Origin: Bilabrum cf. latius
Taxonomy: Eukaryota
Direction of reading: 5' to 3'
Length of the DNA: 64,000 bases
Assembly (NCBI GenBank): GCA_965178125.1
Contig: OZ237771.1
Coordinates: 124,001-188,000 of the forward strand
The translations under genes and the position numbers were made by a program. The notes beneath the pieces were generated by a model. It searched no databases. It was not told where the DNA came from and saw nothing but the letters and a program-made list of their open reading frames with translations. Positions 48,171 to 60,208 of this stretch are shown here, piece by piece; the first letter of the stretch is position 1; each line of letters opens with the position of its first letter.

Positions 48171-48836
48171 GGCTGATCTACCCAGAACGGTGATCAGTTG
48201 CTAGCACAGAGCTATATGATGTGCTGCTTGCCACTATTGTAGAAAAGCGTCTCCGTAGGTAGCAATGAGAGGGCCCGACAATGGACACGTGCCGCTCCGC
48301 AGCTCCGGATAGTCAAGAATAATTGGGTCAAAGGCGCAGTCTCCTGGTTAAACGTCGTGTCCACCGCGCATATCAATGAATCAGCTGCACTTATAAATGG
48401 CCATGGTTTTCAGTTCAACACTGAATCAATTCCAAAATGTTCATGTGATTTGATATTTTGGGCTAACATTCTACAGTTCATCATTATCTTGAATCAGCGT
48501 ATCATTGAAGCCCAGAGGCTTGCAATGAAATGTAAAAGGCCTACTAGTATGCGTTGATTGCTCAGATCATAGGATTGGGTTAGCTAATGCGTGTTGGATA
48601 CCACTCGATTCTGTTGGCAACTTTTGTCTTGTCTCCTGCACATGCTGCAGAAAGATTAAGCTGGTAAAGATGAATGGAGCAAATTGCACGATTGAATTTA
48701 TAAGTACGGCGGCGAATGTCAATCAGGGTGCTTGCTCAAGTTTGGTGGCTTCGAGGTGCTTTTCTGGCAAGCAGCCAGCAGCCAGCCGCCTGCCATCAAA
48801 CTCTTAACCCTACGCCTAGCCCCTCTCCGCAAAAAT

Positions 48837-50579
48837 TCACTCGCACTTGCATCCCGCGGGCCCGTCCACCCGCCCCGAGCTCCAGTGGATGCAGGGCTGG
48901 CCCGGACCCGGGCCACCCGACGCAACGGACAGGCACGCGCGGGTGCCCGACGCGAACGACCTGGACAGCGTGGTCTCCCATGACGTCACTCGTGCCCCAC
49001 GGATGGTTTGATCCGATCCTCGGAAGCTGGAACACGCTGATGCCACGGCTTGCTGGAAAGCGACAGAGCCGGCCGGGGCAGCGCGAGCCGAATGTGCTGC
49101 GGGCTCACTGCTTTTATGCAACGACGCCACTGCCGCTGCATCAGCCACAGTGGCGGTCTCCAGGACCACAGTATGGACGTCATTGTTCCCGTACTGTGAC
49201 CCCGCAGTGCACTGCACCCGTGCTTGCACCCTCGCGGCTGCCTCCCCCTTTGGCTCCCCCAGCGGGAGGTCGAACTGGGGGTACCAGTGGTCCCAGCCAC
49301 TCGTCACACTCCATCCGGGAGTGCAGGCGAAGTAGGCGTACGGCCCCGCACCCACGAGATATGCCGCCAGCGACGAGTTGAACACGTGCTCGTCCTGCTC
49401 GTTCGGCTCCCCATGGGCCTCCGCTGCGTGCGGGTAGGAGAAGTTGGTGGACTGCTGCTGCAGGTCGAGGATGTCGCGGAGGAGATCTCCGCCGTCGTAG
49501 TCCTTGGCGCCCCATCGCTCGTACATGCGGCCGTGCACCTGCGAGTGTGCGGTTTGGTAACGGGGATATTGGTGTGTGATAAGTGCGCGGCCACGTGCGA
49601 GCACGGCGAGTGGCTGCAGCTGGTCTCATTGGCATCACCATTTTGAGCACTTGCGGCATGCCACAAATGGGGGAGGAAGCACCCTGTGATTTAGCAACGT
49701 ACTGCAAATTGCATGGCACACATTCCTTTGCCTCACGTCTGGATTGTTCGCGTTGTTCAGGATCACAACTCCATCCGCGAATATCTCCTGAGCCCCAGTC
49801 TCGACCATCGCGTGACCCTGGTCCCAGGCATGCTGCCGGGCGGGAGAGAGGTTCTTGATGTTAGAGCCATAGTAGTTGCCCCGATCCAAAAAGGCGCCAT
49901 CGATTACACCGGACTGGCTCGCGTTTTTCAGGACGTTGAGCCAAAGCTCCCTGCAGGACGATTTGGAGTGGTCGAACACATGCATCCCTCGTACCATAAT
50001 GTAATTGCCGCTGTCGTCTTTCAGCCAGTTTTCCGGCTGAGCCTCCATGGTTTTGTGCAGGTCGTACATGTCCCAGTCCATGATCGAATTGAGGTAGAAC
50101 ATCACTTTCGCTGACGGGCTCGCCTGCTTGACCTGGCGAGCGGCTGCGACGATCTTCGCCTCGGCTCCCGTGCCAACCGGAGCAACATCCGAAGACATGA
50201 ACTTTTCAATCGTCACCTGCAGTTGGTAGTTCAAAAGCCGCGATATCGCTATGATTCCGGTGCATGTTCAACAAGTTGCGTCGCACGATTCACTTGCGTA
50301 GTAGGCTACGGTACACTGTCAGATTTGGGCACGCTGCAACGGATAGACGGGATCGACCCAAAATCGAACACTCTAGAAGTCATTTCATTGGCTCACCAAC
50401 GGGAACCGGTCTCCAATGTACTGCAGTTGCTCGTGTGAAAAAGGTCCCGATCCATTCGCGGCATGCCAGAAGAGAGGCACAGTATCCCACGAGAACTTTG
50501 GGTAGTTGGATGGCACTGTGGCATATCCAACTGAGGCCAATGCAAGCATGGAGAGTGCATAGCTAATAGATTTTGCCAT
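48837..50579 (-). CDS. Secreted putative glycoside hydrolase (GH168/GHL15-like), multi-exon
   Basis: Signal peptide; PKFSWDTVP, TIEK, VMFYLNS, DGAFLD, LAAYLVGAGPYAYF, PLGEPKG. Introns near 50218-50395 and 49620-49735. Confidence 0.7.
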
Positions 50580-51419
50580 GGTATTAGCTGAAATTGCGGG
50601 ATTCATCAACCGCGCATATGAACGAACCTTCGGTACGAACCAAACAGAAGACGATCAACTTAATACGTGTTCAGGCGCAAAACGGACGGTTCGAAGAAGG
50701 ACATCCTCACCCCATATTGCTTTCAAATGGTAATAACGCCGTGCCCTCACAAGAAGTTCTGCGCCGGCGATCCATCGACTGTAAAATGGCTCGCGCCAGC
50801 AACCACCATCTGACCCATGAGCCATCTAGCCAATCCTTCCCCGGCTGGCACCTGCTACTCTTCAGCGGGGGGTCACCATAAGCCACAGCTGACTTCTGAT
50901 CATGCACTTCATAGGGTAAGCCGCAGTGGCCTGGCATAGGGTATATTGAAGCCATCCACACCCAATGCGTGCGCGACACCCACACTATCCCACCCCACCC
51001 CACTGCTGAGCCCCTACACGCTCTGATTCAAAGCACCGCTTAGCATGGAAGTTGTGCTGCATCAAGTCAGATACCCCCGACCCTCACCCCCCCCCCCCCC
51101 CCCCCACATGCAGTCCCCAACCACCACGGCGAGATATTGCTGGCTAGCTCTCGATGGTACTGCGGGTCAGAGCAACCAATGCAGTGCGCTGCGAAAAAAG
51201 TCTACGGGACTCCTTAGCACGGCAATGTGGCAGCAACTTGAAAATTCTCTTTGGCTTCGAAGCCAGTTCGCAAAACCGAAGATGCTCGGTTCCCTGCTCC
51301 CCCAAGGGGCATGCATGCCCCTGCTTGCCCGCAGGCCGCCATAGTAGTATCCCACGTCTTGCCGATGAATAGGTACGCGAATCGGCCAAAACGGCCCTGC
51401 CATGATGCAGGGGCAGCGG

Positions 51420-51863
51420 TCATTCGTAGACGTGCACGAGCGTGTATGCCAGGGACCAAAACACAACATATCCCATCAGCTAGCCAAACGCGCCATAGTA
51501 CGAAAATGAAACAATATCCAAGTTGAAGTGATCCTTCGGCTTGAAGGAGACGAATACCAGAACCAGCAAGGCCAGCGCAACGTGTGTGAGCACGAACCCG
51601 AAGAGCCCTGCCCAGCCAGTCCAACCGAGCACGCCGGCACCGCTTCCTCCAAGCATAAAAATTAGAATCTGCAAGATTCGAAGGGACTACAGGTTTTTCT
51701 TGACTATTGATACATCAAGGAAGGTATCGTCCGATATCTTCTGATTCTTCTCTGCCGCCTGCGTCGCGTTTGAGACAGCATCTGCTTTCTTCTGTTCCCT
51801 CCGGCGGCGAAGTTCTGCTTCAGAAACTGTTTTCCCTGACTTCTTCCCCTTGGTAGCAGGCAT
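51420..51863 (-). CDS. EMC6: ER membrane protein complex subunit 6, 147 aa (2 TAG)
   Basis: KKNL*SLRILQ..GGSGAGVLGWTGWAG..FG*LMGYVVFWSLAYTLVHVYE. The conserved C-terminus lies beyond two TAGs (51687, 51480); ends TGA. Confidence 0.85.
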
Positions 51864-52071
51864 TGTTGGCAACAACTGCGACAGTGTGTACTTCTGGCTG
51901 TCGCTGCGAGTTGCAACCGCTGTGCGAGTGTGCGACCATGCAGTGCGACCGCAGCGAGCCCGAGAGGCGTTGGGTTTTCGATCCCATCCTCTACTACCAT
52001 ACGAGCATTTCTTCCCTTTCTGTTCAATCATTTGGATCAATAAACATTGACTAGGGCGCATTGCAATTACA

Positions 52072-54368
52072 ATGACGAAGCAGATCAGCAGGACTGGGGT
52101 TGGGGCCGCTCTCGTTGCGGTTGGTCTGCTGTCTCGGAGTGCGTTTGCCTCATGTCCGAATCATTGCTCCGGGCACGGTGAATGCAACTCCGGTCCACTA
52201 GTGCAGTGTGATTGCTTCTCGGGATGGGAGGGTGGCGATTGCAGCATCCGAAGCTGCCCGACTGGCGTGGCCTGGGCCGACATTGCGACGGCAGACAATA
52301 CTGCCCATGCCAGCGGATCGCTTTGCAGCAACCGAGGGAACTGCGATGAGAAGCTCGGACAGTGCACGTGTGCCGATGGTTTTGAGGGAAGGGGCTGCCA
52401 GAGAAGTGAGCAAGACACGAAGGAATTGCACCTCGTGCTCAGCTTCCTCCGAGCAATAGAATGCATTCATGCAGGCGGCACCAACAGCCCGACCTTGCTC
52501 CCGCACTATAGCCCACGTGCCCACGTATATGTATGTATATAGCATTTGCTGCACTGTGCATGTCTCACTCAACACTCGCAGTGGAATGTCCTCAGGATTG
52601 CTCGGCAGCAGGCACCTGCCTCTCGATGCGAAGGTTCGCCGAGCTTCAGTTCGACGGTAACGGCGCCAACAAGCTGTACACCACAAACTGGGACGCCGAC
52701 AAGATATTCGGCTGCAACTGCGACCTGGAGCGGGAGGGCTACGACTGCTCGCTCAGGATGTGCCCGCGTGGCGACGATCCGCTGACTACGGGGCAGGCGG
52801 ACGAGGTGCAGCTGATCGAGTGTGACGCGAGCGGAGGGACCTTCACTCTCGGGCTGGATGGGCGCACCACGGAGATTCTTCAGTTCGATGCCACGCACAG
52901 CGACATCAAGAACGCCCTGGATCGGATCGCGGGTGACGTCACCGTAGCCGGGCTGGAGACAAGTGACACCGTGGCATGCGACACTGCCACACCGCAGGCA
53001 TTCGCAGTGACCTTTCTGTAGCGGCACGGCGATGTGCCGGAGTTGAAGCTGCCCGCCGTGAGCACGCTCACTGGAGGCACGATGAACGTGGTGGACGGGA
53101 CCGATGGCAACAACGACCTGACCCATCCCGACAGCGCCAACGTGTTCAGCGCGGTCCAGGGAACAAAGGAGTGGGAGCTGTGCTCGAATCGGGGGCAGTG
53201 CAACACTGCCACCGGGATCTGCAGCTGCTTTCCCGGAATGGAGTCCAGTGACGGGCGGGGGAACCAGGGAACAAGGGGAGACTGCGGGTACCAGAACGAG
53301 CCCATCACGTCATGCCCCGGCATATCCGTTGAGTGCTCCGGTCACGGCAGCTGCTCGGGGAGCCCCGCATACAAGTGCACCTGCCAGTCGGGGTACACGG
53401 GGGGAAATTGCGCCCAGCGGACCTGCCCCACCGGAGCGTCCTGGTTCGATGCACCCAGCGCAGATCAACAGGCCCACGCGCTGGGCGCCGAGTGCTCCAA
53501 CCGGGGCCTGTGCGACCGCTCCACGGGTCGGTGCGACTGCGGGAACGGATTCACGGGCACGGCATGTGAGAGAACAGAGTGTCCCACCGGTGGATCCGGG
53601 CAGGAGGAGTGCGCGGGTCACGGCCGGTGCGCCTCCATGGCCACTTTGGCCACCCTCGCGGAGACCAATGGGGAGGACACTCCCTTCACCTACGGGTCTA
53701 CCTCGCCGAGCGACCACAGCACTTGGGATGCCTACCTGATGTTCGGGTGCAAGTGTGACGAGGGCTACGGGGGCCACAACTGCGCTCAACGGACATGTCC
53801 CCTGGGGGATGACCCCAAGACACCGGGGGTCAACGAGGTGCAGAGTCTCACCTGCGCCGCCGAGGGCGGGAGTTTCACTCTGACGTTCCGTGACGTCACC
53901 ACCGATTCCGTGGCGTACGACGGCACGCCAGCCGATTTGAAGACTGCACTCGAAGCCATTTCCACCACTTCGGTGACGGAGATCGCCTGCACCGACGGTG
54001 CCGCCTCCCCCATCTGCACCACCGGAGGGACGAACGTGTGCCAGGTGGAGTTCGTGGGTACGCACGGTGACCTCCCGATGATGACGTCAGACCTGTCAGC
54101 ACTGACTCACGGGACTCCGCCTGCCACGCTGGCGATCGCAGAGGTGACCCCGGGGACGACCGAGTCGATCGAGTGCTCCGGGCGCGGCACCTGCGACCGC
54201 AGCACAGGGCAGTGCAAGTGCTTCACGGGCTTCGGGTCCTCTGACGGGACTAACAGTGCCGGCAGCAGGGGCGATTGCGGGTACCAGCTGCCGTTTGTGC
54301 AGTACAACCAGCAGGCCGCGGGTGGGGATGCCGCTGTGAGCGCGCAGTGGCCGTTGCTTGAATCGTAA
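52072..54368 (+). CDS. Secreted EGF-repeat protein of the stramenopile mastigoneme (Sig/Ocm-like) type (1 intron, 1 TAG)
   Basis: CPNHCSGHG, repeated CSNRG.C, CP.GDDP and EVQ...C....GTF motifs. Intron at about 52406-52581; TAG at 53019; ends TAA. Confidence 0.8.
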
Positions 54369-54490
54369 ATGCATCCTTGCACCACACAATGCACGTTGCG
54401 TTGATTCCCACACTCGATATTAGTCGTCACATCGATGGATTCGAAACACGTTCGTCGGTTGTTTTGCTACAAAGCGCAGTTCGTACCAAA

Positions 54491-57400
54491 ATGAGCATAT
54501 CATCCTTTGTTGCATCTCTTGATTTGCCAGAATGGGAGCACGTTGGCCCTGCGCATGGTAGCTTTGACTTGCCGCAATCGGGCGCACCGACAGCCTAGGC
54601 TCAATTAGGTCCAAACCGAATTGGAAATTTCCAGCGTGTAGCTGGCCAAATTGTACCTGCTGCGCGACCTGTGGCACAGTATAATATATACAGTCGTGTA
54701 TCTCGAGATAATAGTTCGAAGCCTAAGAATAACGGTGTCGCTGAGTTCGGCGATCAAACCTCCCCGGCTGCCAAGCTGCGTGCCGTGTTGGACGGTCCAA
54801 TCTGGCAAGATGGTGACGCTCATCAATCCACGGCAAAGCAAACCGAGCAAGGAAAGTCTGGTGTCGAGGCTGCAACGGGCTTCATTGGAATCCGACAAGC
54901 AAGGCCAGCCGCTGCCGTCGCTGTGGATAGCGCGCCCGCACCGGTCCGGCGGTCGTCTGAAGCAGATACCAGCATACCAGACGCTGATGATACAATGTCA
55001 CTTGGCGACCGCGACGGTGTAGCGACCATCGTCGGCACACTAGACGCGGCGGATGGGGGCGCAGCTGCTATGCGACCTGAACCGAGCACGCGAGGCCAAG
55101 GAGATACGCCGGCCAGGACACGAGCGGAGAGTGCTCGTCACAGGAGCCGACCAGGCGATCGTACGAGAGAGTCTGATACCGACGAAGCTGGTAGAACCGG
55201 CGACGAAGCTGAGGGTGTGACGAGTGAGGGTGGCAGAAGCGAGGACGACAGCGCGGGCATCCAGGACGAGGGAGCGGAGGGCCGCTGGGGGATCGGATCA
55301 GGACCCGGAGTCGATATCGGGACGGGGCGCTCGCTGCGGGGGGAGCACCTGCTCGGCGAGACTGGTCGCAAATCCCGTGCGCGGTCCACTGGACCCGGCG
55401 GTCGCAGAGCAGAGCCAGAGTCTAGTCCTGCAGCTGCTGCTGCCGCCGCCGCCGCGCCCGACGGGCAACGGGATCCGGAATTGAAACACGAGTCGCCGCG
55501 GCCCGGCTCTTTTCCTGGCTGGAGGGCTGTGCAGGTGGTCTCGCCGCCCACTAGAGGTGTGACGAGTGCGTCCGTGCGCGGCGGCGGGCTGGGCCTGGGC
55601 CTTGGCCTGGGCCTGGGGCGCTCCTCTAGTCACCCTCACGACAATGGGGCCAGTGATTCAGCAGGCAAGCACGCCAGGAACCGGAATTTTGCGACCGAGG
55701 GGTCCGCATATAGCGGTGGCGGCGGCGGCGCACTCGTCACACGACACGGCCACAGAGCGGGACTCCCTGACAGTCAAGGGAAGGACCCTGTCCAAAGAGG
55801 TAAGCAGGACCGGGTCCAGGATCCGAAAGCTGTGGGACGGGCGATCGAGGCGGCGGCCGCCACGGAGAGGCTGCGGGTAACACTCGTCACACTGGCGGAT
55901 GGGGACGTGGGCGGGGCTTGGAGGACTGGGGGTGGCGGGAGGGCACCGGGATCGGATCATCCATCCACCGGGGGATTCGATGGTCCTGACGGCGACGTCG
56001 CACAGTGGGCAAAGCAGCAGCTCGCCACCGAGGATGCCATGCGCGGCGCCGATCAAGGCCGGTTCCGCAGGCTTGGCGAGCTGGAGGCGGAAGAGGCCGT
56101 GAGGTCTGCTTTGGAGGGATCTTGTTCCCTGGCTGCGAGGGCCGGCGCCGCGCACCTTGCGGAACTAGGAAGGGGTCTGGGTCGGGTCACTGACGAGGCC
56201 GAGTCGGAATTGCGCGGCGCCCTGCGGAACCTTGTGGGGCTGGGCAGGGGTCAGGACTGGGAGCGCGGGGAGCTGATGCGCGCGGTGCAGGGTGCATCGC
56301 AGGGTGGTGCAGGCGTATAGACCACGTATGCCAGTGCACAAATTTATGCCGCCATGGTATCCGGGGGTGGACCCGAGCTAGCCGTTGAGTCCTCGGGACC
56401 GGACCAGGAGTGTGACGAGCGTGAGGATGGCGCCGCTGGACGCCTGGCGGTGCTCCGGTCTCGCATCCGTGAAGCTCTCGGTGGACTCGGTGTGACGAGT
56501 GGTACCGATGTGACGAGTGCGGGGTACTCGCTGGGCAAGGGCGGCCCGGGTGCTGTGCAGGCTGGCGCGACGACTCGCACTTTCACCACCATGAGGCAGA
56601 GACAAGATCCAGACTGGGGAAATAGGGGCAGCGCGGGCTAGGAACACTCCTTGGAAGAGAGTCTTCGCACTCGTCACACCACTGAGGATGCATTGCGAGA
56701 GGCTCTGGAAGGCGACATGAAGGCCAGCCTCGGGGTCTTCCTGCTGGACGCGGGCCGTGTGACGAGTGAACGTGTGACGAGTGGTGGCGGTGGTATGGGT
56801 AACGTAAAGGAAGTCAGCACGGGGCCCGGAATCACACCCATGATCAGTTCAGTCCCGGGGCCGGGTGCCAGCTTGAGGATGCAGCTGCTGGGCGTGGCTC
56901 GCGCACGGGGCCTGGCGCGGGCCGCTGCCGGTGCCCTCAGGGGTCACCTGTCTGCGATCAGCGACCAGGTGGTGGGAGAGCACTGGGGAGATAGAGCCGA
57001 TGGTAACAGTGTGACGAGTGGTGGTGGTGGTGGTGGTGTGTCGAGTGCAGTGGACCAAGGGGAGGCGGCTGCTTTCCGAGTCGCTCTGGGGGCGCAACGG
57101 GTGCTGGCCCGGATCCACGGAATGCTGACGAGTGACCGCGATGAAGGTGTGACGAGTGACAAAGCATCAAAGACAGACGGTGTTGCGGGTGCAAACGATG
57201 GAAGGAACAGCAGCAGTCCAACCGGTGGATACACCTCCGGCGCACACCCGTTCGGGGGCCTCGCGACCGACGCGAACGCTGCTGTGGCGTTTGCCGGGGC
57301 CGCCGCTGCTGGCAAGCGGGCAACCGAGGAGGCGGAACAATAGATATCCCGGCTAGGTAACACCGGCTCCGAGTTGGTGGGACAGGCTTGGGAGGATGGG

Positions 57401-59698
57401 TTCCGCAAGGGCGCGGCCGGCGCCGCGCGCTTGCTCTTGGAACAGAGGCAGGAAGAGGTTCGTCGAGCCAGCGAACGTTCGCTGCGTGCCCAGGTACAGG
57501 ACCTGGACGATCAGCTGCGTGAGGCACATGAGCAGCTCCGATCGTCCGGGGAACAGCAGCGGCGGCAGATCGAGGAGGCCATGCAGCGGGGTAGGGAGGA
57601 GCAAGCGATGAAGGTGGCAAGGACCCGATCCGGTGACGGAGCTGGGGATGGGGCTGGGCAGGGGCCGGCTGCAGCCACTTGGCGGAGACAGCGAAAATTG
57701 CAGAGGATGCGCCGGCATTTTGGTGTGACGAGTGAGCTGTGTTCCAAAGGCGTGCTGCCGGGGAGGACGCGGGGCGGACGCAGCGCCGAAGATGAAGACA
57801 AATACCGTCGACAGGAGGCGGCGCTTGCGGAGCTCGGGGCTAGGGCACAAGAGGCCGAGAAGAGGGCCAGCGAGAGCGAGGCTAGGTGTGATGAGTGCGC
57901 TTAGAGAGAGCGAGATGCGCTGGAGCGTGCACGGGAGTGGGAGAACAAGTACAACGGCGCAGCAGAGCGGCTCGCTCGGGTGGAAGAAGGTGTGACGAGC
58001 GCGAGGGAACGATCGGATCGGCTGCAGCGCGCGCTGGAGGATGCGACCGGTGCCGCTGCGCGGGAAGCGGAGCGTGCCGGCTCGGCGGAGTCCAGGTGTG
58101 ACGAGTGCGAATCCAGGGCGCGCCGACTGGAAAGGGACCTCGTCGCCGTCAGGGAACAACTGCGCGGCGCCGAGGAACAGATCGACGCCATGCAGTTGGC
58201 CTCCGAGGCGCAGAGGCAGGCGGCGGCGCAGGCCCGCAGGGAGGCAGCGAATGCCCTGGAGCGGCTGGCAGGGCTGCGACGAGAGGTTGCAACCGGTCGT
58301 TCCAGAGAACAGGTGGCCCTCGCAAAGGGCGCAGTGGACAGCGCAAAACAGGCGGCTGGAATCGGTGTGACGAGTGCGCACGTGCAGCAGCCAGCGGGGG
58401 TTGGTGATACAACGGTGACGGGCCCACCCGGGCGCGATCGTCAGGCAGAAGAGCTGCATCCAGCGGTACCGGTCGTTGGCAGCACGGCCAAAACTGCGTG
58501 GCGTGACGTGGATCGACCGGTCAGGATTTCCGGCAGGTCTGGAGATGCACCCCCACGCAATGCACTCGACGAGTCAGGTGTATCTGCCGCGGACGTGGCA
58601 CGGGCGAAAAGCGCCGCGTCCAGGGCGGATCGAAGCTCAACGGGCATATCCAAGGGCATGCGAGAGGTGTCGGAGGAGGTGCGCCGGGCGCTCGAAGCGG
58701 CTCGCGCAGCGAGACGGGAAGAGGATCAGGCGAGGGCAGATGGGTCTGGGCTGGGGCTGCTGGGGGCCAGCTCGCGATCGGAAGATGAAGATGTTTGGGG
58801 GGATGGCTTGGGCAGCGGTGTGTTCGGGCAGGGAGCGGACTTGTCACATGTATCTAGCCTGGGCCTGGGCTAGCGGTTTCTGTCATTGTCAAATCGTCAG
58901 AAGCAGCAGCAGCAGCGGCGGCATCAACAGTAGAAGCGGAAGCAGGAAGAGCATGGCGGTGGTGGTACCAGGCATGGCAGCGTAGGGTCTACGGGTGCAT
59001 TGCACGGTGGTGCTTCCTTGCTTGCAACGGGAACGGCAGCAGCAAAGAGTAGAAACCATGGTGCAGACCCCCCACCGGGTGCACAGAGGCACGGGCAAGG
59101 ACAGGTGTAGGAGAATGGCGCCGGCAGGAGCCATGCAGGGCTGGCCACACTGCTGGGTGATAACAGCCAAGATGAGGATGATCAGAATAAGACTGATGCA
59201 TTGGGTGGCGCCAGGGACGGCACCGTAGCCGGCGATGCCTCCTCTCTAGGCCTTGGTGGAGCCGGCATCACGGGTGAGGATGCAATTGGGCGAGAACAAG
59301 AATACCGGGAAGAAGCGTCGACAGGCCTCTTGGAGGGCGGCGGAGGCAGCAAGGACGGGCAGGCGCAGGATGAGGATGCGAGACGCGCTGGTGTGACGAG
59401 TGTTGGTGTGACGAGTGATGAGTTCGCCTCTCTTCTCGGAGAAGAGGATTCCCATGACGGTGACATCGCCGTTATGGATCGAGCCAATGAGAGCGTGACG
59501 AGTGATACACTCGATGCAGAGGATCAGTCGCTGCTGCTCGGTCGCACCAGCAGGACGCTGGCAACTGCAGAGCTGCGGCGGCGCTGGGAGCAGGAGGACG
59601 AGGAGCTGCAGCGGAGCATGCAGGCACTGGATGAGCTGGCAGGCCAATGTGGCGATGTGAATGGGAGTGTTGACGTGCCTGCCGAATAGCCCCGTTGA
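54491..59698 (+). CDS. About 1735-aa low-complexity/coiled-coil protein (9 TAG)
   Basis: Seven ORF-track fragments are in one frame separated only by TAG, ending TGA. Heptad-rich region at 57430-58300. Confidence 0.7.
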
Positions 59699-60042
59699 TG
59701 CCGTTTTGCAGCAGTCGTTGCATTTTTCATGGGGTAGTCTACTCGGTAAGCCTACAAAATGGTTTGTCAGCACATTGATTAATGTGGGCAATGCCACTGG
59801 GCATGATGATCCGGGATGAGGCGAGTCCAGCAAGGCAGTCCTGGCACCCAGCATCCACGGGATCGTAGCAATCCTTTGGATGTACGTTTAGATAGGTTGT
59901 ACAAGGTAATAAGTATACCCCGTATTACGACGCACGGCCTTGCAGCCCAGGGTAGATCTATACTCCATCCCAAGGATTGATGTATGAGTAGGAGTGGTGA
60001 TTAAGGATCCGGGCGGATGGATCGGATACAGGCGAGGAAGGG

Positions 60043-60102
60043 AGGAAGGGAGGGAGGGAGGGAGGGAGGGAGGGAGGGAGGGAGGGAGGGAGGGAGGGAG
60101 GG
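60043..60102. repeat. (GGGA)n microsatellite
   Basis: Directly visible. Confidence 0.9.
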
Positions 60103-60208
60103 AAAGAGCGGTAATGTTCACCAAGTGGGTGGGAGAGTAAAGGACGTGGTCTCTAGCAAAGTTAAGATCTTGGGCATACAGCACGCAGCCCTTGAAGCAT
60201 ACTAATAA

